Part shown: one piece after another, positions 25,255 to 37,874 of the stretch | Position numbering within the stretch: the stretch's first letter is position 1 | How the letters are laid out: each line of letters opens with the position of its first letter | From: Camelus dromedarius | Lineage: Eukaryota | NCBI RefSeq assembly: GCF_036321535.1 | Contig: NC_087436.1 | Location: forward strand, 90,274,001-90,338,000 | Direction: 5' to 3' | DNA length: 64,000 nt | The notes under the pieces: generated by a model | Database searches by the model: none | Seen by the model: the letters and a program-made list of their open reading frames with translations, nothing else | What the model was told of the DNA's origin: nothing | Translations under genes and position numbers: made by a program

Positions 25255-27327
25255 TGTATGAGTTATTTGTGTAACAAATTAGGCCAAAATTAACTTTAAA
25301 TCAGCAAACATTTATTATCTCAGAGTTTCTGTGGGTCAGGCATCTGGACTAGGCTTTGCTTGGTGCCTCTGCAAGCGCCATCCAAAGTTTTGCCATTGTC
25401 TACTCTTTAGGACTGAGTCATTAGTCCAACTCATGCTCTAGGGGTCAGCAACACACAAAGGCATGAATAGCAGGAAGTGGTGATCACTGGGGGTCATCTT
25501 AGAGACTGCCTATCACAGTGTCTCCTCTGACCTCCAAAGTTGAACATTCTTCCCATATGTACGTAATATTCTCACAACTTCCCAAGGCCCCCCAAAAGCT
25601 TATCCCATTTAAGTATCACTTCAATGTAAGAATCTCATTTCCTAAACCTGTTCAAAGAGTACATGAGGCTTTTTGGGTATAGTTCCTTAAATAGCTCTCT
25701 GCCTCTTCTTGAATATTGTTCCTTTTGATTGTCAGCCTGTAGAATTAAAGAGATAAGGTATCTGTTCCCACACATCCTACATACTATGGTGGGACAAACA
25801 AAGACAATGAAAAGAGCTGTTCCTATTTTTTTAAATGGGTGAAATAAGAAGCACAAAAAAGTTCCTGCTCCATAGCAATTCTGGTATCCTGCCATGAAAA
25901 TGCCAGGATTTCCATGATTAAGTCTTAAGGCCCAGGAACAATCTTCCATGTTTCTTGGCTCTGCACTCAGGTCCTTTTCACCATCTGATACACTCTTCCT
26001 TTTTCATAAGAGATAGTACCTGTTTAATGCTGAGTCGCTTCTGCCTGTTTCCTGCAGGAGAATTTGGGAGGTCTGATGCTTCTTTTCATTATGTAATGTC
26101 TCTGATCATTTTGGTTCAAGCTAACAGGGTTTCTGTAAATGTAATTCTCTCAAAATCTTTGTGGGCTTTCTGTGACTCTCATTATTCTTTTAAACAAAAG
26201 CTACACCAACGAATCCCTTTGAGAAAAACTGTTAAACTTCATGAAGATCTTATTGTTTGAGACAATGAGATCTGGGAGGAACTCCATTTAATCTCTTTAA
26301 GAGTCTATTTGTACAACTGAATCGTCTAGTCTGAGGAACCGTCTCAGACCCTGCTGAGGCCTTGACAGAAGGACTGCCGGTCACGTGCTCTCTTTCATCT
26401 CCAGGTCATGTCTTACTGACAGTTACTGAAGTAGGTATTTTCTTACAAGTTCCCTAAATATTGACATGGTTTTCAATCTGGAAAGGCTTAAAGTTTCCAA
26501 ATCACCAAGTCTCACCTCCTTTTTGTTTAACACTCTTTCCAACAATTTATCTCTGTCCTGTCACATTTTACTATAAGCAGCAAGATATAACAAGATGGAA
26601 ACTTTAACACTTTGCTTGAAAATTTACTTAGCTAAGTCATCCAGCTTAGTAGGCACATTTTTTACTTTCTCTATTTCTGCAGGTGATATTGTTACTACTC
26701 TTTCTTCTACTATATACAAAGGATTCCCCCTTTCTCCAGTTTCCAATGACATGTTCCTCATTTTCTTTTGAGCTTGCACTAGCAGCATCCTCAAAGTCCA
26801 GATTTCTACTAAGTCTGTTAAAAGCAATTTTGGCTTTTTAATAACATGGTCTTCAAAAGCTTTCTTATATTTACTCAATGCCAAGATCCCAGCCAATCTC
26901 ATATCTTTAAGTATTTAAGAAATTGCCCAACCTTTGATATCAAAATCTATATCTATATTGTATAACAAATCATCCCCAAATTTAGCAGCTTAAAAAACAC
27001 AAGTATTTATTACCTCACAGTTTTTAATGGGTCAAGAAACTAGGAGATACTCAGCTGAGTGTGTGTAACTAAAGGTTACAATAAGCTTTCAGCCAGGGCT
27101 ACAGTGGGAGATGGAAGATGTGCTTCCAAGCTCACCTTCATTATTGTTAGTGGATTCAGTTTCTCACTGTTCAAAGGTGTTTGTTCCTTGCTAAACAGGC
27201 CTCTTTATAAAGCAGCTCAAAACCCAACCTAAAGCTTCCATCAGATCCAGTGAGTGAAAGAGTGGGAGACAGCAACCAAGATAGAAGTCAGATTTTGTGA
27301 TCTAATCTTGGAAATGACATCTTACCA

Positions 27328-27362
<35 letters not shown>

Positions 27363-27440
27363 TCTATATTTAGAAGGGTAAAGATAGTGGGAGGCAAGGA
27401 TAGGCATTATTTGGAAACAGTTTAGACACTGCCTACAGCA
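25255..27440 (-). mobile_element. Complete MaLR element, MLT1F-like: LTR (25255-25518), internal (25519-26946), LTR (26947-27440)
   Basis: Both LTRs share TGT.TAACAAAT, ATTTATTA.CTCA.AGTTT..TGGGTCA.G and an ACTGCCTA..CA end; internal ends CTTTGATATCAAAATC (the MaLR GATTTTGGTACCA-like start); ORF 26624-26902 has GNPLYIVEERVVTISP...KLDDLAK, like the MaLR ORF GDPCYVVAE.LAELCP...ELGYLAE. Confidence 0.85.
27330..27360. repeat. (TG)n microsatellite inside the LTR
   Basis: Uninterrupted TG run. Confidence 0.95.
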
Positions 27441-27689
27441 GAGTTTAATTTCCCTGTTTTTTATCCTTATTTTTAGTCTATATGTATGCCTTTCCATCTA
27501 TTTGTATGCCTTTCTATTTAAAAAAACAAAATACAAGTTAACTTCTCCTCCCATATAGCTGAAAAATAGCCAAGAAAAGAGAAAATCATGCCCAGTTTTG
27601 CCTTGTCTGAAGTTTTGGACAATTTTTTTGAAAGGTTCAAAGTGACATTCAAATGATTCAGCAAAAGAATGTACACAAAAGCACTTAAA

Positions 27690-27868
27690 AAAACACATGC
27701 ATTTACACACACACGCCTATATATAGAGAAAAAGAGAATGCAAATGTGACAACATATTAACAATTGATCCTTTGTGAAGATGAGGATCATATGCATATTA
27801 TTGTATTACTCTTTCAATTTTCTGTAAGCTTGACATTTCTCAAAATGAAAAGCTAGGGGGAAAAAAAA
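27690..27868 (+). mobile_element. Old L1 (L1MC/MD-like) 3' terminus
   Basis: GCAAATGTGACAACATATTAACAATTG...TTGTATTACTCTTTCAATTTTCTGTAAGCTTGA...CAAAATGAAAAG plus A tail. Confidence 0.7.
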
Positions 27869-28204
27869 CCTACTTAAGGTCTATAATAACACATGAAAAT
27901 TTGTCAAATCTTGGGACTATTTTATAGGAAATCAGATATTGAGACAAGCTAGCATTTAAACTTTCATAATTTTATTTTCAATAAAAGCAAGACATAAGAC
28001 ATAATTTTATTGCAGATTATTTTAACATAGTAATTTAGATTTACTAATTAGGGTGACTAAAATTCATAGTTTATAATATTTCATGTTAAATGAAGCCTTG
28101 ATAGTGTTATATATACAGAATAACTTCAAGTTTATTTTGTAAAATATATTGTAAAATAATAAATATTGTAACAAAGCTATTTTATTTTAAGAAGTGATGG
28201 CCCT

Positions 28205-28800
28205 GAGCTTATCCATTTTACCAGTCAAAACTTTAGGCACTATCTTTATCTTCATCTTTTGCTTCTCCTTCAAGGTCGATCACAAGTCTTATTTACTATA
28301 CCCTACTTTTATCTCTCAATTACTGCCACTTGTCTTCTTTGCCCCTACCATGGTTCTATGTAGGTCACCATCACCTATCATAAGGTTTAATGTAAGAGTG
28401 CTAAACTAGTCCCCTGGCCTGAAAACATGCTCTCTCAATTTCAATCTCAAGAAGAAATCCAAATCATCTTTATAATGCAAATTTAATTATGCTCAACAGT
28501 CTAATAAAGACTTGGGATGTCTTTCCAGGGATCTTGTGATTAATTCAAAATATTTAAAAAGGCTTCCAAGGTCCTTCTTGATGTAGTCTCTGATTTCCTT
28601 TGCAGCCTCATCTCCGGCTACTTTCTCCCTTATATTCTATGTTCTTAATACACTACATTTCCTCAGTTTATTGAATATCATGTGTTCTTTCATCACACTG
28701 CCTTTGCATTTACTATATCCTCTGTGTTAAGCAATCCTCCAATCACTTTCTCATGAATTTTTCAGCTCAGAAAATTCTCAGAATATTCTCCTCCTCCAAT
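28205..28800 (+). mobile_element. L2 fragment
   Basis: CCAGTCAAAACTTTAGG...ATCACAAGTCTT...CACCATCACCT...CTAAACTAGTC...GCAGCCTCATCTC...GCCTTTGCATTTACT. Confidence 0.7.
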
Positions 28801-29074
28801 GTTATTAGTTAGCACCTCTGAAACTATATAGAATAAGTCCAATTGATATTCTATATCAATAATCTTTCACATTTTAATGTTAGTAGTCATCTTATATTAA
28901 TGTTCTTTGACCTCCAAAATATATTTTATATAAGTAAATTTCAAGTGTGTTATTCTTGTTATTGTTTTTAAAAGTATTTAGGATAGAAGATAAATTTAAG
29001 AAACATCTTCATGCTTGTGAAACATTTTTATGTTAACTTTTTCCATACTTATTTCTTCAGAGACTTATATTTTT

Positions 29075-31200
29075 TAATCCTATTAATACAATAACTGATA
29101 AGTAAAAGTAATACATGTGATATTTATGCAAGTCATAAAGCCCAGTATTGTAATGAGCACGTGACACCATCAGTCCATCCCAAGAACTAGAACCCTGTCC
29201 TCAACCCTATCCATTTGGGTACTTGTCTTCACCATCTTCCTCTTGCCTTTCCCCCACCAGAGGTCACCGCTAGCTTGAATTCTGTCTCTATCACTGTTGA
29301 CTTTAATAAAACATTTTTATTTTATGTAACTGTATTACAAAGCAAAGTATTTTTGATAGATGTTTATATTTGAGCTTTATGGAAAAGGCATTACATTAAC
29401 AGCGTCTGATAGGCATACTTTTCCCTCCTCATCATCATAGTTTAAAAAATCATCTATATTGCTAAGTATGGCTGTAGTTTATTCACTTTCGCTCATGTAT
29501 AATAGTCCATTGTCCATTGAGAGAATATACCAAAATATATATGTTCAAACTCTCTCAGGGAGGCATTTGAACAATTTTAATTTTTTAATATTCTACATAG
29601 AAATGTGATAAACATTTTGTACATATTGCCTGAAGCATAAGTGTATGAATTTCTCTAAGAACATAGTTAAGTGTTGAAATGCTGGATATGCATATATTTA
29701 ACATTAAAATATAATAGTAATATTTTCCCAAAATTAATTGTATGTCAACTTAGTTTCTTTAATAAATATATATATATGAGTGATGTCCATTTCTTTATGT
29801 CCACCTATTTCCATTTACTTCTCTGTCTCACTATAGGCTGCCACTATGATTAATAAATTTTGAAAATTCTCATCCACATTTTTACAATTTTACCTCATAA
29901 TTAAGTAATGATAATATCTAACATGGTTGTAAACTTATTGATTCTTAAATCAATTTAACATTTCCATTATTGTAAATTTGTCGACTGAGTTAAGCACTAT
30001 GGTTTTTAGAGTAGTGAGTGCTGTGCATGGATCTATTTCATTCATTTAAACTCAGTCCAGTAGGAAAAATGTACCTTTAATATTTTTAAAGGTCTTTTTT
30101 GGCAAAAAAATATTTGAAGTATTTTTTAAAAGGTAAGTACTTAAGAGAACAAAATTTAAACTAGGCTGTCAGTTATGTTTAACTTTATCAGATATTGTTA
30201 AATTGATCTCCATTGTGGCAGAACCAATCTACATTTATCCCCATCATTCATGTTACTAGATTTCATTTATTTTTTGCCAATCTAATCAGTGTAGTAGCTC
30301 ATTATTGTTATATTCTTCAATTCCTTGATCATAGTGAGATTAAGCATTTTTCATCTTTTCATATGTATATTGATCTTTCAGGAGTCTGCTCTGTAAATTC
30401 CTTTTCAAATTTTTTTCAAATTTTTTTGTTGGCTTCTGTGGATTTTTTCAGTTGTGTGCCTCACACATATTTCCCTTTATCTGCTGTTGTTCTTCTTACC
30501 TTCATTCCTTGGGAATCTTTTTTTGCTTTTGTATGGAATATTATTCTTACAAAAGATTTATTTTTAGAAGAAATTATATACTTTTATATGCATTTGTATG
30601 CTTTTTTTTCCTTTACTCTCTGTGCTTTTGGGTTTGTTTAATAAACAAGTCAGTAGATAGGCTTCCCTATTTTCGAAAATGATTAAACAGTTTTTAATAC
30701 ATTTTGCTTTAATTCATAAAGAATAGATTGTTGTAAGAGTGGAGTAAGATCTATCTTTACTTGTTTTCCATATTGGAAGTCAACTGTCACAGAAGAAAGA
30801 ATTAAGTATTTCCAGTGAGTTCTTAAAACATTTTTATCCTCTAATAAATTCCCAACATAAATAAGATTTGTCCCTATGTCACCTATCTATTCAGTTATCA
30901 ATATTATTAGTTTATAAATTTTTGAAAATTATTTTTAAACAACATTTTATATTCTGTATTTCTATTAACAAACATGGTATAGCTTCCCATTTTCAGGTTT
31001 TTATGCATGTTTTTTAACTAAATTGTGTGATTTAATAATGCTTGCTATGAAGGCCCAGCACATATATTACTAGTATTATTCCTAGATTCATTACTGTTAT
31101 TAATGCTTTTATAATTTTTTTCTGTTGTACTTTCTATTTGATTATATTTATCAACACATCAACCTTGAACTAATATCAACTTATTTTGGCTAACTATCAG
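29075..31200 (-). mobile_element. Old L1 (L1ME-like) fragments
   Basis: CCCACCAGAGGTCACCGCTA, GGCTGTAGTTTATTCACTTT, TTTTTGCCAATCTAAT, TAGTGAGATTAAGCATTTTTC; fragmented. Confidence 0.65.
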
Positions 31201-32369
31201 AATTAGCTTCATTTAAAAAATCTGACATCAGGTTTTTTTTAATCTTTGGATTACCCTCTTTATAACATAGTATATTTCACTGAAAAATTATGCCACACAT
31301 TCCTTATGCTCTTTTCTAACAACTCCCACCCATTGTTCATGTAAGAATTCAAGATTCAGACTCAAGCTGATCATTATTAGATGCTTCACTCACATAATGT
31401 ACTTCATCTTCAATTTAATGTTGTATAAAGGACTGGAATGTTGACTAGACTAATGTGATATAGACAGATGCCATCGAGACATCTTCATCAAAATACTGCA
31501 GTTATATCCTTTTAAAATATAGAATGAGAGAATACTGAGGTTGATTTCAACACACACACACTCACATGCACATATTTGGTAATAGAATACTTTGATACAT
31601 TGTGATAGAAGAAATTGTAAAAACAAGATAAAACACAATGTAATATGCTGGTGTCTTTCTGTATGCTAGTGAATTAGCTACTTTGAAAAAAATGATATTG
31701 AACTTTGAAGACATACCTCCATGAGAGGCTTCAAGAACCATGAACATAGTTTTCAATAGCTACTATTAAAAGCCATTAATTCAGAAATCTCTACAGGTTA
31801 CAACTGTATGCAGCTGCACACTTTTTATTAAGAAAAATAAATTTTGTGTATGAGAGTTCTTGATGTTCTGCAGCAGCCACTTTTTCTATACAGACAAGTA
31901 ATGGATAAAATATATATAATTAATGCTAAAGAATATTGTGTAAGAAGCAATTTTATACTAGACAATACTTTTACAGAACAAAAATATAGTTACTCTGAAT
32001 GGTCTCCTGGAAAGTCAAGACATTAAAATATTTCAGCTACACAATATAATAGACAAGTTATTATATCTGAAATCAGGAGAACTATCATAAACTTTTGTGC
32101 CTAACTGATCCCCATGGTCCTGTTACTTAACACTACTGGGTTTCAGTTTTCTATGCTTTAAGGCAGAAATTATGCTATTACTTATTTTATTTATTTAAGA
32201 TCTGAACTGAGAAGCAAATGGACTATTGTATATTAATGTACTAAATAGTAGTCTATTTGATATCACAGTATGTATTGAAGAAAACAAAATACCTCCACAC
32301 CTGTTATTAATCTCTCATAGGTGAAACAAGATACTTCCACCTCCAAACAAGAAAATGAATTTTTAAAGA

Positions 32370-32635
32370 AATATTTAGAAAAAATTTGAAAGCAGAAATG
32401 AAAACATAAGAAAAGGAAAGATGGAGCTGAGGAAATTATCTGGAGATGGAGAAAAATAACTAAAATAATAAAAGAAATAGAAAACAAAAGATAAAAGGTG
32501 AGAATAAAGAATATGTCAGGAGGTCCAATATTCATAATAGAACAGAGATAGAGGGGAGAAAATAAAACTGAATCATTTTAGAAAATTTCCCAATACAAAG
32601 GACAAGTATTCAGCACAAACAATAAAAACAAACCT
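32370..32635 (+). mobile_element. L1/HAL1 ORF1-like remnant
   Basis: GAGGAAATTATC...CAGGAGGTCCAATATTCATAATAG...GAAAATTTCCCA. Confidence 0.5.
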
Positions 32636-32639
32636 AAGT

Positions 32640-32840
32640 TCATTTATTTATTCATTTGTTGTGTCATTCAATAACTGTATCAGATACCTCACGTTTAGTA
32701 GGGATCCTTCAGAGCAGCAGGGATACAGCAGTGAAAACAAATACAAACAGCAAATTCAGCAGTGAAAATAAAGCAACAAATAAAATCTGGCCTCATAGAA
32801 CTTACTATTTAGTGAAGTGAACCAAACAATAGATAGGATA
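32640..32840 (-). mobile_element. L2 3' end (host of the LTR insertion; resumes at about 33681-33710)
   Basis: CATTTATTTATTCATT...GGGATACAGCAGTGAAAAC...GCCTCATAGAACTTAC. Confidence 0.7.
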
Positions 32841-33680
32841 TAATGGAAGACATTTTCACACACTGAGTTAGAGGAAGTCATTCTGGCTTACACATGATTT
32901 GGCTTGAACTTTATGCTAGGTAGAACAGCCTGTCTTATGGACTGTCAAAACGTTCATTATATATCTGCCTTAACCATTAAAGAAAAGAATGCACTTGAAA
33001 ATCAAAATGGGATAAATTGAGAGTTCTAGATTTGCAGACATTACTAATGCACATAAAATAGATAAACAACAAGTTTATACTGTATAGCACAGGGAACTAT
33101 ATTCAGTATCTTATAGTAACCTATGATGAAAAAGAATATGAAAACAAATCTATGTACGTTCATGTATGACTGAAGCATCGTGCTGTACACCAGAACTTGA
33201 CACAATATTGTAAATTGACTATACCTCATTAAAAATATATATAAAAAAATCAAAATGGAGTAACTGTGGTACAATCATTGAATACAGAGCAGGTAGCCAT
33301 TGTGGATGTTGCTTCAGACATGTTCCTGTATCAGGTTCCTGAGAACTTGAATTTTCTGATCTTTATCAGATCAAGGACACCTCCAGCCGTTCTCAAAACA
33401 ACATCTGCTAGCACCTGTCAGCTGCAACCTTATGGTCTAAAAGTCTCCCCTCATAATTATGCAGCCATTTAAACCCCAACAAATCCTTGCCTGATAAGCA
33501 CCTTTACTTCTTGCCAGATCCAATCCTAATTCTGACAATGTATGTAACTTTGCAGTTGTTGCCTTTATAAGACTGTCCCATTTTGTAGTCTGGTAGAGCA
33601 CAATTCAAGTTTTTCTTAAATTTGTGTCTCCCAGGTTATAGACCTCCATTTTAGACTGTTTATTGATATTTCCATCAACA
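32841..33680 (+). mobile_element. ERV1-type solo LTR (MER34/MER39-like 3' end), interrupted by a young L1
   Basis: TATA-like CCTTTATAAGA; TGTGTCTCCCAGGTTATAGACCTC R-region-like block; ends TCAACA; 4-bp GATA at 32837-32840 and 33681-33684. The 5' end reads TA rather than TG. Confidence 0.6.
33011..33245 (+). mobile_element. Young 5'-truncated L1 (3'UTR only), cetartiodactyl/camelid type
   Basis: TATACTGTATAGCACAGGGAACTATATTCA; A-rich tail; perfect 13-bp TSD AAAATCAAAATGG (32998-33010 and 33246-33258). Confidence 0.9.
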
Positions 33681-34201
33681 GATAAATAAGTAAAATACAA
33701 AATATGCTATGCTGAATTAATCAAAAGGAAGCCATTAGACTGAGCTGGTCCTAATGCCATGGTGGTCTACGCAAGCAAACATACTGAAGCCTGTAATATC
33801 TGAAAAAGTATACTTATTGTCATCTGTTTTCAGGAAGCTTCTGATAATTGTGTCCTATGAAAATGAGGAATTATAATAAGAAAAAAGTAAAAAAAAATAG
33901 AAAACCAGAGATCTAATAGAACTGAAGAGAATCTTCAGAAAAATGATGTTGTGAATTGAATTGTTGTTTCCCCCTGTTGAGAAATAATATAAGAAGGAAT
34001 TTCAGTGTTGTTTAAATACAGACATAAGAGAAGCAAAGACAGGAAATTCCTTAACTGAACAGTAAATGGTTATTAGTGAAAACAGCAGCTGCTGAAAAAT
34101 AATAAATAGAGTAAAATAAGCAAATAGGTTGTGATTGATAATATTTGACTCAATTATAAAATAGAAGATTCAATATCATGGACTACTTTGGTATCAGGAT
34201 T

Positions 34202-34203
<2 letters not shown>

Positions 34204-34232
<29 letters not shown>
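34204..34232. repeat. (TG)n microsatellite
   Basis: Uninterrupted TG run. Confidence 0.95.
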
Positions 34233-34235
<3 letters not shown>

Positions 34236-34278
34236 GAGGGTACATCAATGAAAAGAAAGTATCAACAAAGAATATTTG

Positions 34279-35065
34279 ACAAATGACAAATGCTGGAAAG
34301 GTTGTGGAGAAAAGGGAACCCTCTTACACTGCTGGTGGGAATGCAGTTTGATGCAGCCACTGTGGAAAACAGTATGGCGATTCCTCAAAAGACTAGGAAT
34401 TGACTTACCATATGACCCAGGAATCCCGCTCCTGGGCATATATCCAGAAGGAACTCTACTTCAAAATGACACCTGCACCCCAATGTTCATAGCAGCACTA
34501 TTTACAAGAGCCAAGACATGGAAACAGCCTAAATGTCCGTCAACAGATGACTGGATAAAGAAGAGGTGGTATATTTATACAATGGAGTACTACTCAGCCA
34601 TAAAAACCGACAACATAATGCCATTTGCAGCAACATGGATGTTCCTGGAGAATGTCATTCTAAGTGAAGCCAGAAAGAGAAAGAAAAATACCGTATGAGA
34701 TCTCTCATATGTGGAATCTAAAAAAAACAAAAAAAGCACACACACAAACAAAGTATAAATACAAAACAGAAATAGATTCACAGACATAGAATACAAACTT
34801 GTGGTTGTCAAGGGGGTGGAGGGTGGGAAGGGATAGACTGGGATTTCAAAATTGTAGAATAGATAAACAAGATTATACTGTATAGCACAGGGAAATATAT
34901 ACAACATCTTATGGTAGCTCACAGTGAAAAAAAATGTGACAATGAATATATATATGTTCATGTATAACTGAAAAATTGTGCTCTACACTGGAATTTGACA
35001 CAACATTGTAAAATGATTATAAATCAATAAAAAATGTTAAAAAATAATAAAAAGACAAAAGAAAA
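34279..35065 (+). mobile_element. Young 5'-truncated L1: ORF2 C-terminus, 3'UTR and A tail
   Basis: ORF 34276-34698 [19 protein letters not shown]...WKQPKCPSTDDWIKK..YIYTMEYYSAIK is the L1 ORF2p Cys-rich C-terminal domain; candidate TSD AAAGAATATTTG (34267-34278) / AAAGAGTATCTG (35066-35077), 2 mismatches. Confidence 0.93.
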
Positions 35066-35094
35066 AAAGAGTATCTGTTCCTCTGACCACACTT

Positions 35095-35320
35095 CCCCAA
35101 ATCTTAGTTGGGTGCCTTTCCTGTGTGTAATTGTAAGTCTTTTATCTTTGCACAGATTGTACTTTATTATAGATGTCCTGCTTGTATCTCTCACAAGAAT
35201 AAATTTCTTAGGGACAAAAGACCCTAGCATCTGTTTATTCTTACATTGCACCTCCAATCCTCTTCTAATTCCCTGGTATATATAAGGCACATAAGTGTTT
35301 TTTGAATGAATGAATGAGTG
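35095..35320 (+). mobile_element. L2 3' end
   Basis: TTCTTAGGGACA...CCCTGGTATATATAAGGCAC...TTGAATGAATGAATGA tail. Confidence 0.7.
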
Positions 35321-35589
35321 ACTGCATTTATGACTGCTGTCATTGAAAACTGTTGTCCCACAACCTCAATATTCTGGGGAAATGATCAACCAGAGCCAGC
35401 ATTTGGCTTTCATACCATTTATTGTAATTATTAATTATTACAGTGGAAAAATTTCAAGAAATATGTAGGGTTTAGATAATTCAGGCAATATAAAATAAAA
35501 CAAAATATATCAAACATTCTATTTCAATTTCAAAACGTATGGCAATTAAGAATACCTTAAACTTCCTACATACTTAACCTTTTTTGCCA

Positions 35590-35760
35590 TATTAGAAGTA
35601 TTAATTATAATCCTCAAAGAATCCCATTAACAATATTCTGTTCCTAATCCCATGTCACAGATAGAAAACTGGGACACAAAATAGTTAAGTGACTTGCTCA
35701 AGACTGCACAATTAATAAGTGGCAAAATTCACATTTAAATATACATATTCTAGTTTGCTG
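35590..35760 (-). mobile_element. MIR SINE
   Basis: CACAGATAGAAAACTGGGACACAAAATAGTTAAGTGACTTGCTCAAG...ATAAGTGGCA. Confidence 0.75.
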
Positions 35761-37835
35761 ATAGGAATACTGGTCACAAAGGTAAGGTTTACATGGAAAT
35801 GTTACAAGAAAACTTTCAGAAATGCCCACATTCACAGGAAGTCAAAATCCGGGAGCCAGATTATTAAATCACAGGTTAAACAGAATCAAAACAAGACAAG
35901 GCCTACTGAATTCTGAAACAGGCTTACTTGAGGTCATGAGAATTTGTAGTGACATAAAAACAGATGAACAACATACAGGCTGTGGTTTAATGCCTTTGAA
36001 AACTTGTTCGGTTTCCAGAACCACGATTTTTTTTAACTTGAATTGTTCATCTGAATCACATCAAATACTAGCTTCCTAAAAGTCATTTATGTGCTCGAAC
36101 GATATTTTAGAGCTCCTGACATTTACAGCAACTCATAACACATAACGCTACTATCTATCTCATGAATTACTATTCAAGAGGTGTTTCACATTGTCAGTTC
36201 AGGTGTGTCTAGAGCAAAATGTTGTTCAGCATGCCCACTGTAGATTTATAAATGAGATTTGATTTGTGTTAAAATTTTTATGTGGATTTATATTTAATAT
36301 GCCTAAAAAAACTGATTCAAAGGCATATAACTGGGATACATTGCTTTGTTTCTTATATTTATGAAAAAGATCTGTGAAACATATATCAGATGATGATAAC
36401 TCCCTCCCTTTCATTTTTATGAAAGTCACTTGCAAGTTTGCAACTGCAGCCATGCCTTCTTTACTGAGAACAGATCTGAGTTTCCAACAACGGGCAGGAC
36501 ATCCTTTGGAACATCCTATGAAATGTATGTACTCACAAGGACATGGCTCATGCCTGCTTTGTTCCCTGCTGTAACTCCAGTGAAAAGGGACAACACACAA
36601 GAGGTTATTAATGTTTATAATATTTTATTCATTTAATTAATGACTATTATTTGCTTTATATTTCCCTAATATTTCAAGAGACAAAATGAGTTGAAGATAA
36701 ATTTGCATGTGGCAGCTAGAAAAATCTTTTATAAACTCAAACTAAATAACATTATTCCATACTTAATCCACCAGCAGCAGACCATTGCTCTCAGGGTAAA
36801 ATGCTAACCCTAATCATAGTCCTTCTGCTTACTCTTTGCATCAGTCTCCTGCAAGTCCCTGTCCCCTAAGCTCCACCCATGTTCAAATACTTAATTCTCT
36901 CCCTAGTCAGGACACCTTTCTTGTTACTATACCCTTCCTATTTCCTCTCTTATTTTTAGCACTATAACTTTTTTTTTTTGAAGTGCAACTTGGAAGTCAT
37001 TTCCTCCTGAAAACTTCTATTGTCCCTGCTGTATGCTGTTAGACCATCAGTTTTTATAACATAAATAATGTGGGGTCATAATTGCTACCTACTTTGGTCC
37101 AAATATCACAGAAAACCATATATTCCTTGAAGTTGTTTAGAATATTCATGTTATTTTTGGAACCACATTGCCTAGTAAAGTGCCCGACTAAAACATCGTA
37201 TGTTCTTAATAAATGAGTATTGAAAACAATGCATGTGTTTGCCTTACACATTATACTTAATGACTGAATTCTCACTTTCTTGCTATGTTGCATTATCCAT
37301 CCTATTTCATTATAAAAGTCAGGGTTTTTGATAAGATCATTGTGAGAGGTAGATTTGTTTACCTGATGGTATAACTAAATAGTTGCTCTCATTTCTTACA
37401 CATGTGTGTATGTGTTCGTGGTTTCAAATATTTGTTTAAGCAACCATAAATGCACCAGTTAGAACTGCAAATACATGATTCTAACTACTAATGTTTCTTT
37501 TAAACACCCTAGGATATCTTTGAGTCGAAGATTTTCTTTATCTTCCACAGGTGTGGTTTGCATTTTGTAGTTAATTATTGACGGGAATTTCCAGAATTAA
37601 GTTCCCTATGAAGGCACCTTAGACCAAATGTGTTAAATGTTATGTGTTTTCCATGTTGCATGACAGACTCCTTGCCTTCATACAGATGCACAAATACATT
37701 TATTTTCTTTTTACCTATGCGATATCTTTTTATAAACTGTTATCAGATTACTTTTATGAAGCATAAACCAGATTATTTTATCATCATGTACAAAATTTCA
37801 GTGGCTTGCCACTGAGTATGTAGGACCAGTATACA

Positions 37836-37874
37836 TACGGCTGTACAACCCTGAACTCGCCCAATCTCATCTGA
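37836..37874 (+). pseudogene. 5S rRNA 5' fragment, tailless retropseudogene
   Basis: TACGGCTGTACAACCCTGAACTCGCCCAATCTCATCTGA versus mammalian 5S nt 4-42 TACGGCCATACCACCCTGAACGCGCCCGATCTCGTCTGA (33/39 by hand); flanked by 18-bp TSD CTGAGT(A/G)TGTAGGACCAG at 37812-37829 and 37871-37888; no poly(A). Confidence 0.88.

Noticed and set aside
25250..27445. 5-bp TSD for the full MLT1F element
   Set aside because: The flanks GTATC and GAGTT do not match; the element is too old or my boundaries are off by a few bases.
30213..30641. Longest ORF (142 aa, hydrophobic) as a membrane protein
   Set aside because: It lies in the T-rich antisense strand of an old L1; the F/L/I/S richness follows from base composition.
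33710..33795. Possible start of another ERV LTR (GGAAGCCATTAGACTGAG...)
   Set aside because: Too short to assign or bound without a search.
34276..34698. 140-aa ORF as a functional gene
   Set aside because: It is the C-terminus of L1 ORF2p in a 5'-truncated copy with no promoter or ATG start.
37836..37874. Functional 5S rRNA gene
   Set aside because: Only about a third of 5S is present, with 6 substitutions and no internal control region or T-run terminator.
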